This document shows positions 9,787 to 18,408 of a DNA stretch of 43,412 nt, one piece after another (within the stretch, counting starts at the first letter, position 1; each line of letters begins with the position of its first letter). Position numbers and translations under genes: made by a program. Origin of the DNA: an uncultured Eubacteriales bacterium (GTDB lineage Bacteria; Actinomycetota; Coriobacteriia; Anaerosomatales; JAUVQN01); contig CAYOSP010000007.1 of assembly GCA_964406675.1 (NCBI GenBank), positions 6,096-49,507 on the forward strand, read 5' to 3'. The notes beneath the pieces were generated by a model. That model was not told where the DNA came from. It saw only the letters and a program-made list of their open reading frames with translations, and searched no databases.

Positions 9787-11406
9787 ATGCGCCTGGCCCT
9801 CGCACAGATCGACACCGTCGTCGGCGACATCCAGGGGAACACCATGAAGGCGCTCTCGGCGATCGGTCGGGCCGAGCAGGAGGGCGCCACGCTCACGCTG
9901 CTGCCGGAGCTGACACTCACCGGCTACCCGCCCGAGGACCTCGTGCACAAGCGGCATTTCGTCGAGGAGAACCTGATGGCCCTGGAGCAGGTCGCGGGGG
10001 TCGCGCAGCACCTCGCGGTCGTCGGCTTCGTGGACCGCTCCGGCGACGACCTGTACAACGCCGCCGCGGTGTGCGGCAACGGCCGGGTGCTGAAGATCTA
10101 CCACAAGCGCAGGCTGCCCAACTACGGCGTCTTCGACGAGAAGCGCTACTTCGAGCCCGGCGAGCAGGAGGGCCTGTTCGAGCTCGGCGGGGAGATGTTC
10201 GCCGTGACCGTGTGCGAGGACATCTGGACGGACGACTACGTGAGCGAGGCGAAGGACCTCGGGGTGAACCTCGTCGTCAACATCTCGGCGTCGCCGTACC
10301 ACGCGGGCAAGGGGGCGGAGCGCGAACGGATGCTCGTGCGGCGGGCCCGGGACAACGACACGTGGCTCGCGTACTGCAATCTGGTCGGCGGTCAGGACGA
10401 GCTCGTCTTCGACGGCCGTTCGGTGATCGTCTCGCCGGAGGGCGAGGTGGTCGCGCGCGCGAAGTCGTTCGAGGAGGACTTCCTCACGCTGGACTTCTCC
10501 ACCAAGGGCCGTCTCGGCGCTCCCGATCGTGTCGAGGAGCCGCTCGAGGGGCCTGCCGAGGTCTACCGGGCGCTCGAGCTCGGCCTGCACGACTACGTGC
10601 ACAAGAACGGGTTCGTCGACGCGGTGATCGGGCTCTCCGGCGGGATCGACTCCGCGCTCACGGCGACCCTGGCGGCCGACGCGCTCGGGCCGGAGCACGT
10701 GCGGGGCGTGACGATGCCGTCGCGCCACTCCTCGGAAGGCAGTGTCGAGGACTCTCGCGAGTTGGCGCGCCGGCTCGGCATCGGGTTCCGGGAGACCCCC
10801 ATCGACGACGTGTTCTCGTCGTTCCTCGAGGCGCTCACGCCTTCCTTCGAGGGAAGGGAAGCCGACGTGACGGAAGAGAACCTGCAGGCGCGCATCCGCG
10901 GGACCGTGCTGATGGCGCTGTCGAACAAGTTCGGCCGGCTCGTGCTCGCCACCGGGAACAAGTCCGAGCTCTCGGTGGGGTACGCCACGCTGTACGGCGA
11001 CATGGTCGGGGGATTCGCGCCGCTCAAGGACGTCTTCAAGACGAACGTGTACGAACTCGCCCGCTGGCGGAACGGGGAGGGAGCCGACGAGCGCGGCGCG
11101 GTCATCCCTCAGGCGATCATCGACAAGGCGCCGAGCGCGGAACTGCGTCCCGGCCAGGTCGACCAGGACAGCCTCCCGCCCTATGAGGAGCTCGACGCAC
11201 TGCTCCGCGCGTACGTGGAGGACGATCTCTCGAAGGACGCCGCCGCCGAGCGCGCCGGCGTCTCGCGGGAACTCGCCGACGAGGTGGCATGGATGGTGGA
11301 CTCGGCCGAGTACAAGCGGCGTCAGGGGCCTCCCGGTATCCGCATCACCCCGAAGGGCTTCGGCAGGGACCGGCGCATGCCGATCACCAATCGCTACGGG
11401 GGCTGA
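9787..11406 (+). CDS. nadE: Glutamine-dependent NAD+ synthetase
   Basis: N-terminal nitrilase-type domain (LPEL, YHK, VCEDIW) plus synthetase domain (LSGGIDS, ENLQARIR, GNKSE, GYATLYGD, PSAELRPGQ.DQDSLP). Confidence 0.96.
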   Translation: MRLALAQIDTVVGDIQGNTMKALSAIGRAEQEGATLTLLPELTLTGYPPEDLVHKRHFVEENLMALEQVAGVAQHLAVVGFVDRSGDDLYNAAAVCGNGRVLKIYHKRRLPNYGVFDEKRYFEPGEQEGLFELGGEMFAVTVCEDIWTDDYVSEAKDLGVNLVVNISASPYHAGKGAERERMLVRRARDNDTWLAYCNLVGGQDELVFDGRSVIVSPEGEVVARAKSFEEDFLTLDFSTKGRLGAPDRVEEPLEGPAEVYRALELGLHDYVHKNGFVDAVIGLSGGIDSALTATLAADALGPEHVRGVTMPSRHSSEGSVEDSRELARRLGIGFRETPIDDVFSSFLEALTPSFEGREADVTEENLQARIRGTVLMALSNKFGRLVLATGNKSELSVGYATLYGDMVGGFAPLKDVFKTNVYELARWRNGEGADERGAVIPQAIIDKAPSAELRPGQVDQDSLPPYEELDALLRAYVEDDLSKDAAAERAGVSRELADEVAWMVDSAEYKRRQGPPGIRITPKGFGRDRRMPITNRYGG

Positions 11407-11501
11407 GCCGACGGTGACGCTCGAGCTCCCCCGGCTCCCGCGGGGCGGACGTACGACGTCCCGGACGACCTTCCGGTGAGGCGATACTTCGGCTGTGATC
11501 G

Positions 11502-11927
11502 TCACCAAGGGATGGGGTCGTCCCAGGCACGGATCATCAGGTCGATCGATGTCGAGCACGCATGCGCCCCGTCACACGACGCACAGACGCTCGCCCGCCA
11601 CTCCGGAAGGATCCCCGTGATCAGGCGCTCGAGATCCCTTGCCCCGATGCTCTCTCCCACAGCCAGGCCGAGTAGATGACGCGCGAGCCTATCCAGCTCC
11701 TCGATCGGGATCCCGCCGTGGATGCGCTTCTCGCAGGTCCCTGATTCGTCCAGCGAGGGGCACACGGCACACACCGCGTCTCGGCCCATGCCGACGATCA
11801 CGCCCGCGTCTTCGGCGTGCCCGCGGAGGCGGAGCATGTTGAGGGCGAAATCGGCCGAGTAGCCGTCACCGTGAAGGAAATGCATGCAGACGAGATGATG
11901 ACCGCGAAGCTCGACCGGTTCGTTCAC
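11502..11927 (-). CDS. DUF1284-like Cys-rich protein (start uncertain)
   Basis: LRGHHLVCMHFLHGDGYSADF N-terminus, DAVCAVCP...C and C-terminal CASC....C match the DUF1284 pattern. Confidence 0.75.
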   Translation of the reverse strand: MNEPVELRGHHLVCMHFLHGDGYSADFALNMLRLRGHAEDAGVIVGMGRDAVCAVCPSLDESGTCEKRIHGGIPIEELDRLARHLLGLAVGESIGARDLERLITGILPEWRASVCASCDGAHACSTSIDLMIRAWDDPIPW

Positions 11928-12671
11928 GGCGTCGGTCGCCCGGCGCGACCCCTCACGCGGGACCGGCGGCCGAGCGTCGACAGCGTCCCCGGATTCGAAG
12001 CACGTCGGCGCGGTCGTCCTGATCCCCACACCATCGTCGGCCCGAAGGATGCCGTAGTGCATCCGCTCTCACCTGCTCGTCCGATAGTAGGGGCTCGCCT
12101 CGACTCGGTGACGGACGGTCCGGGCACTCACCGTTATCCGATCATCCATACAGTCTCCTTCATTCAGGTCCATATGCGTACACGAATCCACGGAATGCGA
12201 TAGGGAGGTATGACCGGTACCCGTGGATCACGGATCGCGGACAGAGCGTGTGCGGAGGATACGTGTGCGCGAGTGTGGACGATGGTCTGCGACGCGGTTC
12301 GACGCGTGTCGCGGGTGCGCCCGGCGAACGAGGATGAGCGCGCTCGCGGACGGGGCCCCTCGATGAGGGGGGTCGGCGTGCGGGACGATCCTCGGTCCGT
12401 GCGTGGCCGCCCATGAGGCCTGCGAGCCCGGATATCCGGCAGGAGTCTCCGTGTTCGTACGGTCGCCCTCACGGTCCGTCACAGACGTCCCGTGATTCAT
12501 CAAACATGGCTGCAGTTCAGGTAACAGTCGAGAAAATGCTTGAACGATGTAGGAAGATGTACGTGCATTATCGATGCGCGGAAAGCCTCGGGCCGAGTTC
12601 GGGCATAGTCTCGAGCATAGTCTCGCGCGTTGCGGTACCCGGTACCCGAGTCGAGTCTCTGGAGGGAGGTC

Positions 12672-12755
12672 GTGAACTCGAAGGGTGTTCTGCCGGATGA
12701 TCAGTTCGACGTGTGTTCGCACGACGGTCCGATTCTCGAATCGTTCAGGAGGTGA
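12672..12755 (+). CDS. Possible 27-aa leader peptide / small ORF (MNSKGVLPDDQFDVCSHDGPILESFRR)
   Basis: GGAGGGAGG at 12661-12669 precedes GTG 12672. The stop TGA lies within the AGGAGGTGA RBS of the next gene. Confidence 0.3.
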   Translation: MNSKGVLPDDQFDVCSHDGPILESFRR

Positions 12756-12758
12756 ATC

Positions 12759-13607
12759 ATGAGGAAAGCGATGTGTGCCGCCGTCGTCGTCGTTGTGGTG
12801 CTCGTCTTCGCCGCTCCGGCTTTCGCGATAGACGGCGAGACGATCCCTCACGGCGGCTACTCGGCATCGACGGATGCGTGTCTGCAGTGTCATGACATAC
12901 ATGAGTCGGCCGGCGACTACGTACTGATGCGCCAGGCGACCGTGACCGCGACCTGTGCCACGTGTCACACGATCTACCAGACCGCGCCCACCGGCGCTTT
13001 CGATCCCGGTTACTCGGGTACGGAGGCCGGCACGGCCGCGGGCGCCCAGGCCTACAAGACCGACGCGGCTAACGCGCTCACGCACGAAGGCCACCGTCTC
13101 GGTCTTGGTTCCGGCGCCTACACGTTCGCCGACGGAGTGGTCGGTGACGGTTCATATATCCCGGGAGGTACCCAGGCGCTTACCGCCATCGCGTACCTGT
13201 CCTACCCTGTGACCGACAGTGCCCTCTCGTACGCGGCGACCGACGGACTCTACTGCGCGAGTTGCCACGCGCCGCACGGCACGTTCGGGAACGTGGTGGA
13301 CGCGCTGGTGTCCCCCGCGATCCTGTCGTCCAAACCCAACCACATCGACACCGCCATCCCGATGGCCAACTGGATCGACGACGGCGGAGAGTGGTGTGCG
13401 GGGTGTCACGACAAGCGTATCGACGGGGTGGACATGGAGGGCGATACCAATCACAACCATCCGTCGGAGGCCTGCCTGACCTGTCACGGCGACGCCTTCG
13501 GCGATTCCACGCCCGACTTCCCGCATACCGGCGAGGTCGCCAACCTACTCACGCTGGAACCCGACATGCTGTGCCTGCAGTGCCATACCGAGGGCACGCT
13601 GCCGTAG
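12759..13607 (+). CDS. Secreted hexaheme cytochrome c, OmcS/CwcA-like motif layout
   Basis: Sec signal ending APAFA; six CxxCH (CLQCH, CATCH, CASCH, CAGCH, CLTCH, CLQCH); RBS AGGAGGTGA. Hexaheme status is directly visible; the family assignment is by motif order. Confidence 0.9.
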   Translation: MRKAMCAAVVVVVVLVFAAPAFAIDGETIPHGGYSASTDACLQCHDIHESAGDYVLMRQATVTATCATCHTIYQTAPTGAFDPGYSGTEAGTAAGAQAYKTDAANALTHEGHRLGLGSGAYTFADGVVGDGSYIPGGTQALTAIAYLSYPVTDSALSYAATDGLYCASCHAPHGTFGNVVDALVSPAILSSKPNHIDTAIPMANWIDDGGEWCAGCHDKRIDGVDMEGDTNHNHPSEACLTCHGDAFGDSTPDFPHTGEVANLLTLEPDMLCLQCHTEGTLP

Positions 13608-13647
13608 TGACGGCGGTCGAATCTCCGGAAGGAGGACTGAGATAGAC

Positions 13648-14211
13648 ATGAACAAGCTGAGCAACAAGATCGCGCTCGTGGCGATCGCCACCACACTGTT
13701 CGTCGTCGGTCTCGGTGCGACCGCCGTGTTCGCCGCCTTCGATAGCGGCAACTACCAGCAGTCGCATCTCGACTCGAATACGATCACCAACGCCGAGTGC
13801 ATCGGGTGCCACGGGCAGAAGGCCAACCAGCCCTCGCTCGACCCCTTCACGTTCTCGGCGCACAAGAAGCACCTGAAGACCGCGTTCCTGCGGTTCCAGG
13901 TCATGGACGACGGCTGTGGCACGTGTCATGTCTCGACCGACATCGAGCAAGGCTCGGGCGCCACGGTGAACAAGCAGGTCGACGCTGCGTTCTGTCAGAC
14001 CTGCCACGGGCAGTTCCCCGCATCACTGCACGGCGGAGAGAACCTGGCCGTGACGAGCCCGCGCGGCTGCACGGCGTCGGGTTGCCACACGGACCCGGGC
14101 GCGATCCATGCGAGCGTCGAGTACGTCAACCAGTTCTTCGTGTTGTCCAGGACCTACTGCACGAAGTGTCATGGCGGACTGCCGTTCTTCGCGGCAGAAG
14201 AGACGAACTAG
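13648..14211 (+). CDS. Exported or membrane-anchored multiheme cytochrome c (4 CxxCH + 1 CX4CH)
   Basis: N-terminal hydrophobic helix; CIGCH, CGTCH, CQTCH, CTKCH plus CTASGCH; RBS AAGGAGG. Confidence 0.9.
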   Translation: MNKLSNKIALVAIATTLFVVGLGATAVFAAFDSGNYQQSHLDSNTITNAECIGCHGQKANQPSLDPFTFSAHKKHLKTAFLRFQVMDDGCGTCHVSTDIEQGSGATVNKQVDAAFCQTCHGQFPASLHGGENLAVTSPRGCTASGCHTDPGAIHASVEYVNQFFVLSRTYCTKCHGGLPFFAAEETN

Positions 14212-14225
14212 AGGAGGTGTAGAAC

Positions 14226-14723
14226 ATGGCCATGGGATTCAAGGTCGATCTCAAGAAGTGCGTCGGCTGCAAGGTCTGCGAGATGTCGTGTAAGACCCGC
14301 TTCGATCTGCCGCTCGGCGACCGTCGTCGTCGTGTCTACACCGAGGAGACCGGTACGTATCCGGATACCTCAGTGAGATTCGTCTCGATGGCGTGCAACC
14401 ACTGCTCCAGCCCCGCATGCGTCGCTGCGTGCCCGAAGAGCGCGCTCGTCCGTGACGAGGTCGACGGAGTCGTGAAGCACGACAAGGCCGCATGTGTCGG
14501 TTGCCGCCGCTGTGAGTGGGCGTGCCCTTACGGCGCGGTCACCTTCAACAGCGAGACCGGCAAGGTAGACAAGTGCGAGGCCTGCTACCGCTACGCGGAA
14601 GGCCCCAAGTGCGTCGCCAACTGTCCCGGTGGCGCCATCGAGTGGACCGACGTCACACCTGCCGATGCCGTCACCGGTGTCGACATGACCCTGACCGACC
14701 CGAACATCGAGTTCGTCGAGTAA
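14226..14723 (+). CDS. 4x[4Fe-4S] electron-transfer subunit (DmsB/PsrB-like)
   Basis: Four Cys groups: CVGCKVCEMSC, CNHCSSPACVAACP, CVGCRRCEWACP, KCEAC...KCVANCP. No signal peptide. Confidence 0.95.
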   Translation: MAMGFKVDLKKCVGCKVCEMSCKTRFDLPLGDRRRRVYTEETGTYPDTSVRFVSMACNHCSSPACVAACPKSALVRDEVDGVVKHDKAACVGCRRCEWACPYGAVTFNSETGKVDKCEACYRYAEGPKCVANCPGGAIEWTDVTPADAVTGVDMTLTDPNIEFVE

Positions 14724-14739
14724 CAAGGAGGTGAATTCC

Positions 14740-17565
14740 GTGCAAATCACCCGTAGGACCTTCATGAAAGGTGTCACCGCCGGCGCCGCGCTCCTCGCGA
14801 TGGAGGGGCGGCTGAATCTCTTGACGTCCGGCACAGAGTCGACCCTGGCGGACACGACGCACGTCAACTACGTCTGCAAGATGTGCTCGGCCGGCTGCAA
14901 GGCGCAAGCCAGGGTCGTGGACGGTGTCGTGACCGAAGTCTTCGGCATCGACGCCAGCCAGACCGCTCGCGGTCGCGTGTGCACCAAGGGGCACTCGGCG
15001 GTACGGCTGTACAAGAATCCGCGGCGCGTCACGAAGCCGCTCATCCGTACCAACATGAGCAAGGGCCCGGGCGTCGATCCCCAGTGGCGCGAAGCCTCGT
15101 GGGACGAAGCCATGGGAGTGATCGCCGATAGGATGAAGACCGCGGTCGCGGATCACGGCGGCAAGTCCATCGTGCTGGCCATGCGTCCGAGTCCGGGCGA
15201 CGTGACCAATCGACTGGCCGTCTCGCTCGGCACGCCCAACGACATGTGTCACCACGACACGTGTTACACGAGTCAGGATCTCGCATGGGCCGTCACGGCT
15301 CACGGCGCTGATGTCGCCGGCGCCTGGACGACCTATACCGAGACGACGGACTACACGCTCGATGACGGCGCCGGCACCATCACTCGTGTCGGCGGCGGCG
15401 CCATCGAGGCCGGCGGTTACGCGTACGTGATGTACGTCGGGACCGACGGTAATCGCTACACGGACTTCGTCGAGTTCGACACCGACACCCAGGATCTGAG
15501 TGCGCCGATCGATCGTGGCGCCAAGACGCCCGAGGTGCGGAGCAAGCCGACGAAGAAGTCCGGCCGTAACTGGACGCACGACATCGCGCGTTCCAAGTAC
15601 ATCGTGGGCTTCGGCTGGGATATGCCCGGCAAGGCAAAGAACATGATGGCGCAGGACTTCCTGTATGCGATCAACGACGGCGGCGCCAAAGCCGTGCTGT
15701 TCGACCCGCGTTTGTCGAGCACCGCCGCGGCCGCCAAGAACGCCGGCGGCGAGTGGATCAAGGTCAAGCCGGGCTCGGATCTCGCTATCGCGTTCGCGAT
15801 GATGAAGGTCATCATCGGCAACGGTATCCACACGATCGACGGCGGCAACGGCCGCTGGAACAGGACCTACTGCGGCACCTATGCCGCTCCAGCCGACGGC
15901 GTCTCCGGTTTTCCCGAGCTCATCGACCACATCAAGACCAACGCGTTCGCCGGTGAGGACGGCTCGATCCCGGGCGGTCTCGGCGATGGTTCCCCTGCCG
16001 ACATCGATGCGGTGTGCGCGTGGGCCGAGACCAAGAGCGGGGTTCTTGCGGCCGACATCAAGCGTATCGCCGAGGAGTTCTCGACCGAATCCAACTGGCC
16101 CGCGTACGTCCCGAGCCACAAGCGTGACGCCGCCGGACCGAACTATCGCAACTCGTTCGAGCTGGCCCATTCGTTGGTCATACTCAACGGGCTCGTGGGG
16201 TCGCTGGACCGCCTCGGCGGTTCGGTGAAGCAGCGCCAGCACTCGACGAAGAACCTCGGCTGGCTGTGTCCGGCCCCGGACGTGCACCTTCCCACGTACG
16301 AGCGGATCGACCACCTGCATCGCTATCCGATCCAGTGGAAGATGAACAAGGGCTCGTTCCAGTACATCGCGGACGCGATCCTCGACGAGGAGCCGTATCC
16401 GATCGATGTGGTGCTCTTCCGCAAGTACAACCTGCTGGCTCTCCCCGACGCCCCCAAGTACTACGAGGCGCTCAAACGAGTCTTCGTCGTCGCCGTAGAG
16501 CTCCAGATGTCGGAGACGGCACAGATGGCCGACGTCGTGCTGCCGGAGACGTTCTGGCTCGAGGGCCGTGGCTGGGACAAGGCGACCTACTTCGCCCTGT
16601 GGCCGCAGATCATGGTCACCGAGGGCAAGATGCCCAAGCTCCATCCGAACACCGATGACTCGACCGTCGCGGGCGCCGGTCAGAAGGGCTGGCGCGACAT
16701 CCTGATGACGGCGTTCCCGAAGGCGTTCGGCGAATGGGTCAACCCCGACACCGGACATACCGTGAAGGACTTCTTCCGGATGAACGTCGGCGGAGGGACG
16801 TTCGATCCGAGCGGCACCCCGATCTACGAGGATCCTCGCGGGGCGAGCAAGGCCTACGACGACGAGGTCCTCAAGCAGCTCGGTACCGACCTCGGTGACT
16901 CGTCGCTCGCATCGGGCGGATGGAGTTACATCGCCGATCAGGCGAACTTCGCCGATGGCCTGTATCCCGCTTCGGGAGGCGATAACTTCAACCTGGTCGG
17001 CGGCACGTTCCCGGTCGATCAGAAGACGTTCGCTCCCAAGTACGGTGTCACGGGCAAGCCGGTGTACCTCTACTCACCGATGCTCGAAGCATACGGCTAC
17101 GATCCGCTGCCCGTGTGGAAGGAGCGTCGTCAGGAGAAGACGGGCGACTTCGACCTCTACATGGTCACCGATCGTCCGCCGAGCCACATCCACTCGACCA
17201 CGCAGGATCTCGATTACAGCTCCGAGATCTACGACGAGAACGTGTTGTGGATGAATCCGACGACGGCAGCGGCCAAGGGCATCGGCAACGGCGATACCGT
17301 GACCGTGGAGTCCATGTCGCGAGGCAGTGGTGGCGCGGAGCGTTCGTACCAGATGCGTGCATTCGTCACGGAGCGGCTCATGGCGGATGTCGTGTGCATC
17401 CCGCACGGCTTCGGTCACTGGAGCCGTGACTATGCCGACTACGCGAAGAAAGGCCAGAACGACGGGGATCATATCCCCACCGTGTCTGTGACGGAGATCC
17501 TCTCCGAGAACACCCCGCAGCCCGGTGCGCGGATGACCGACGTCGTTCTGAACGTGTACAAGTAG
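14740..17565 (+). CDS. Tat-exported Mo/W-bisPGD oxidoreductase catalytic subunit, most like the Psr/Phs/Srr group
   Basis: GTG 14740 after AAGGAGGTGA; Tat motif TRRTFMK; FS0 CKMCSAGC...CTKG; probable Cys ligand in TPNDMCHHDTC; DPRLSSTA, VKPGSDLA, SETAQMADVVLPE, HIHSTTQ, MNPTTA, PHGFGH. Substrate cannot be determined by eye. Confidence 0.9.
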   Translation: MQITRRTFMKGVTAGAALLAMEGRLNLLTSGTESTLADTTHVNYVCKMCSAGCKAQARVVDGVVTEVFGIDASQTARGRVCTKGHSAVRLYKNPRRVTKPLIRTNMSKGPGVDPQWREASWDEAMGVIADRMKTAVADHGGKSIVLAMRPSPGDVTNRLAVSLGTPNDMCHHDTCYTSQDLAWAVTAHGADVAGAWTTYTETTDYTLDDGAGTITRVGGGAIEAGGYAYVMYVGTDGNRYTDFVEFDTDTQDLSAPIDRGAKTPEVRSKPTKKSGRNWTHDIARSKYIVGFGWDMPGKAKNMMAQDFLYAINDGGAKAVLFDPRLSSTAAAAKNAGGEWIKVKPGSDLAIAFAMMKVIIGNGIHTIDGGNGRWNRTYCGTYAAPADGVSGFPELIDHIKTNAFAGEDGSIPGGLGDGSPADIDAVCAWAETKSGVLAADIKRIAEEFSTESNWPAYVPSHKRDAAGPNYRNSFELAHSLVILNGLVGSLDRLGGSVKQRQHSTKNLGWLCPAPDVHLPTYERIDHLHRYPIQWKMNKGSFQYIADAILDEEPYPIDVVLFRKYNLLALPDAPKYYEALKRVFVVAVELQMSETAQMADVVLPETFWLEGRGWDKATYFALWPQIMVTEGKMPKLHPNTDDSTVAGAGQKGWRDILMTAFPKAFGEWVNPDTGHTVKDFFRMNVGGGTFDPSGTPIYEDPRGASKAYDDEVLKQLGTDLGDSSLASGGWSYIADQANFADGLYPASGGDNFNLVGGTFPVDQKTFAPKYGVTGKPVYLYSPMLEAYGYDPLPVWKERRQEKTGDFDLYMVTDRPPSHIHSTTQDLDYSSEIYDENVLWMNPTTAAAKGIGNGDTVTVESMSRGSGGAERSYQMRAFVTERLMADVVCIPHGFGHWSRDYADYAKKGQNDGDHIPTVSVTEILSENTPQPGARMTDVVLNVYK

Positions 17566-17600
17566 GGATCGTTCTTCCCTACCGTATGAGGGTGTGGAGT

Positions 17601-17636
17601 ACCCCGGTCGATCCGGTCCGACGGGTCGACCGGGGT
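17601..17636 (+). terminator. Stem-loop after the molybdoenzyme gene (terminator or mRNA-stabilising hairpin)
   Basis: ACCCCGGTCGATCCG-gtccga-CGGGTCGACCGGGGT, 15-bp stem with one G-U pair, weak U tail. Confidence 0.65.
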
Positions 17637-17703
17637 CGCCCTTTCCACCACACCGTCCATCGTCACCCCGCATGCACGCCGCTTCCGAGTGAGAGGATCG
17701 ACC

Positions 17704-18384
17704 TTGACGAAGCAGACCACGGCACGGATGTCGCAACGGGCGCTCGCTCTGGCGGGAGCCGCCGTCATGTTGTCCAGGTTGTTCTGGACCCCGCTCACCC
17801 GGGACACGCTCCTCGCCATGCGGGACGGAGACGAGTTGGACCACTTGTCCGAGTTCTTCGGAGTCCTCGGGAAGGACGTCTCACGCCACGTCGCCGGGCT
17901 GAAGGATCGACTCCGGGACTCGGAGATCGGTGTGGTCGAGCGCGACCTCAACGTCGACGCCACGTATCTGTTCAAGATCGGTTTCGAGGACTTGCCCGCT
18001 CCTCCGTACGGTTCGGTGTGGCTCGAGCCGGAGGGTCTGCTGATGGGGAAGACGACCGCTTCGGTGGCGCTCGCCTACAAGATCCAGGGCGTGGAGGTCG
18101 ACACGGACACCGCGGACACCATCCCCGACCACCTCTCGCGCGAACTGGAGTTCGTCGCGCACATGTACCGGAGGTACACCGAGGCGGTGGACGCCGGAGA
18201 CGATGAGGCCGTCGAAGCGGTGGAGGAAGCGACGCGTGGGTTCTTAGACACGTATTGCTTGCCGTGGTGGCCTTCGTTCGCGACCGCCGCGGGGGAGCAC
18301 GCGCGGACGGACTTCTTTCGAACCGCGAGTGATCTGCTCCTCGAGTTGTGCGACGCGCTGACGGAGGATCGCGGGACCGCGTAG
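17704..18384 (+). CDS. TorD/DmsD-family molybdoenzyme maturation chaperone
   Basis: APPYGSVWL and IPDHLSRELEF motifs; directly downstream of the Tat molybdoenzyme. TTG 17704 has a GAGGA RBS (alternative start 17689). Confidence 0.9.
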   Translation: MTKQTTARMSQRALALAGAAVMLSRLFWTPLTRDTLLAMRDGDELDHLSEFFGVLGKDVSRHVAGLKDRLRDSEIGVVERDLNVDATYLFKIGFEDLPAPPYGSVWLEPEGLLMGKTTASVALAYKIQGVEVDTDTADTIPDHLSRELEFVAHMYRRYTEAVDAGDDEAVEAVEEATRGFLDTYCLPWWPSFATAAGEHARTDFFRTASDLLLELCDALTEDRGTA

Positions 18385-18408
18385 CGGTCCTCGTCAAGGG
18401 ACGAGCGC

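Noticed and set aside
12210-12416. 68-aa ORF preceded by AGGGAGGT
   Set aside because: The SD abuts the ATG with no spacer and the peptide is Arg-rich with no motif; probably non-coding.
12560-12660. Possible c-di-GMP-I or Moco riboswitch (AAAGCCTCGGG...CCCGAG)
   Set aside because: Only a fragmentary resemblance; the conserved first stem and GNRA loop were not found. An Rfam scan would settle it.
14740-17565. Naming the enzyme arrA, ttrA, psrA or phsA, or invoking selenocysteine
   Set aside because: FS0 motif CKMCSAGC and HHDTC fit the Psr/Phs group better than ArrA or TtrA, but the sequence is too divergent for a symbol. The ligand codon is TGT and there is no in-frame TGA.
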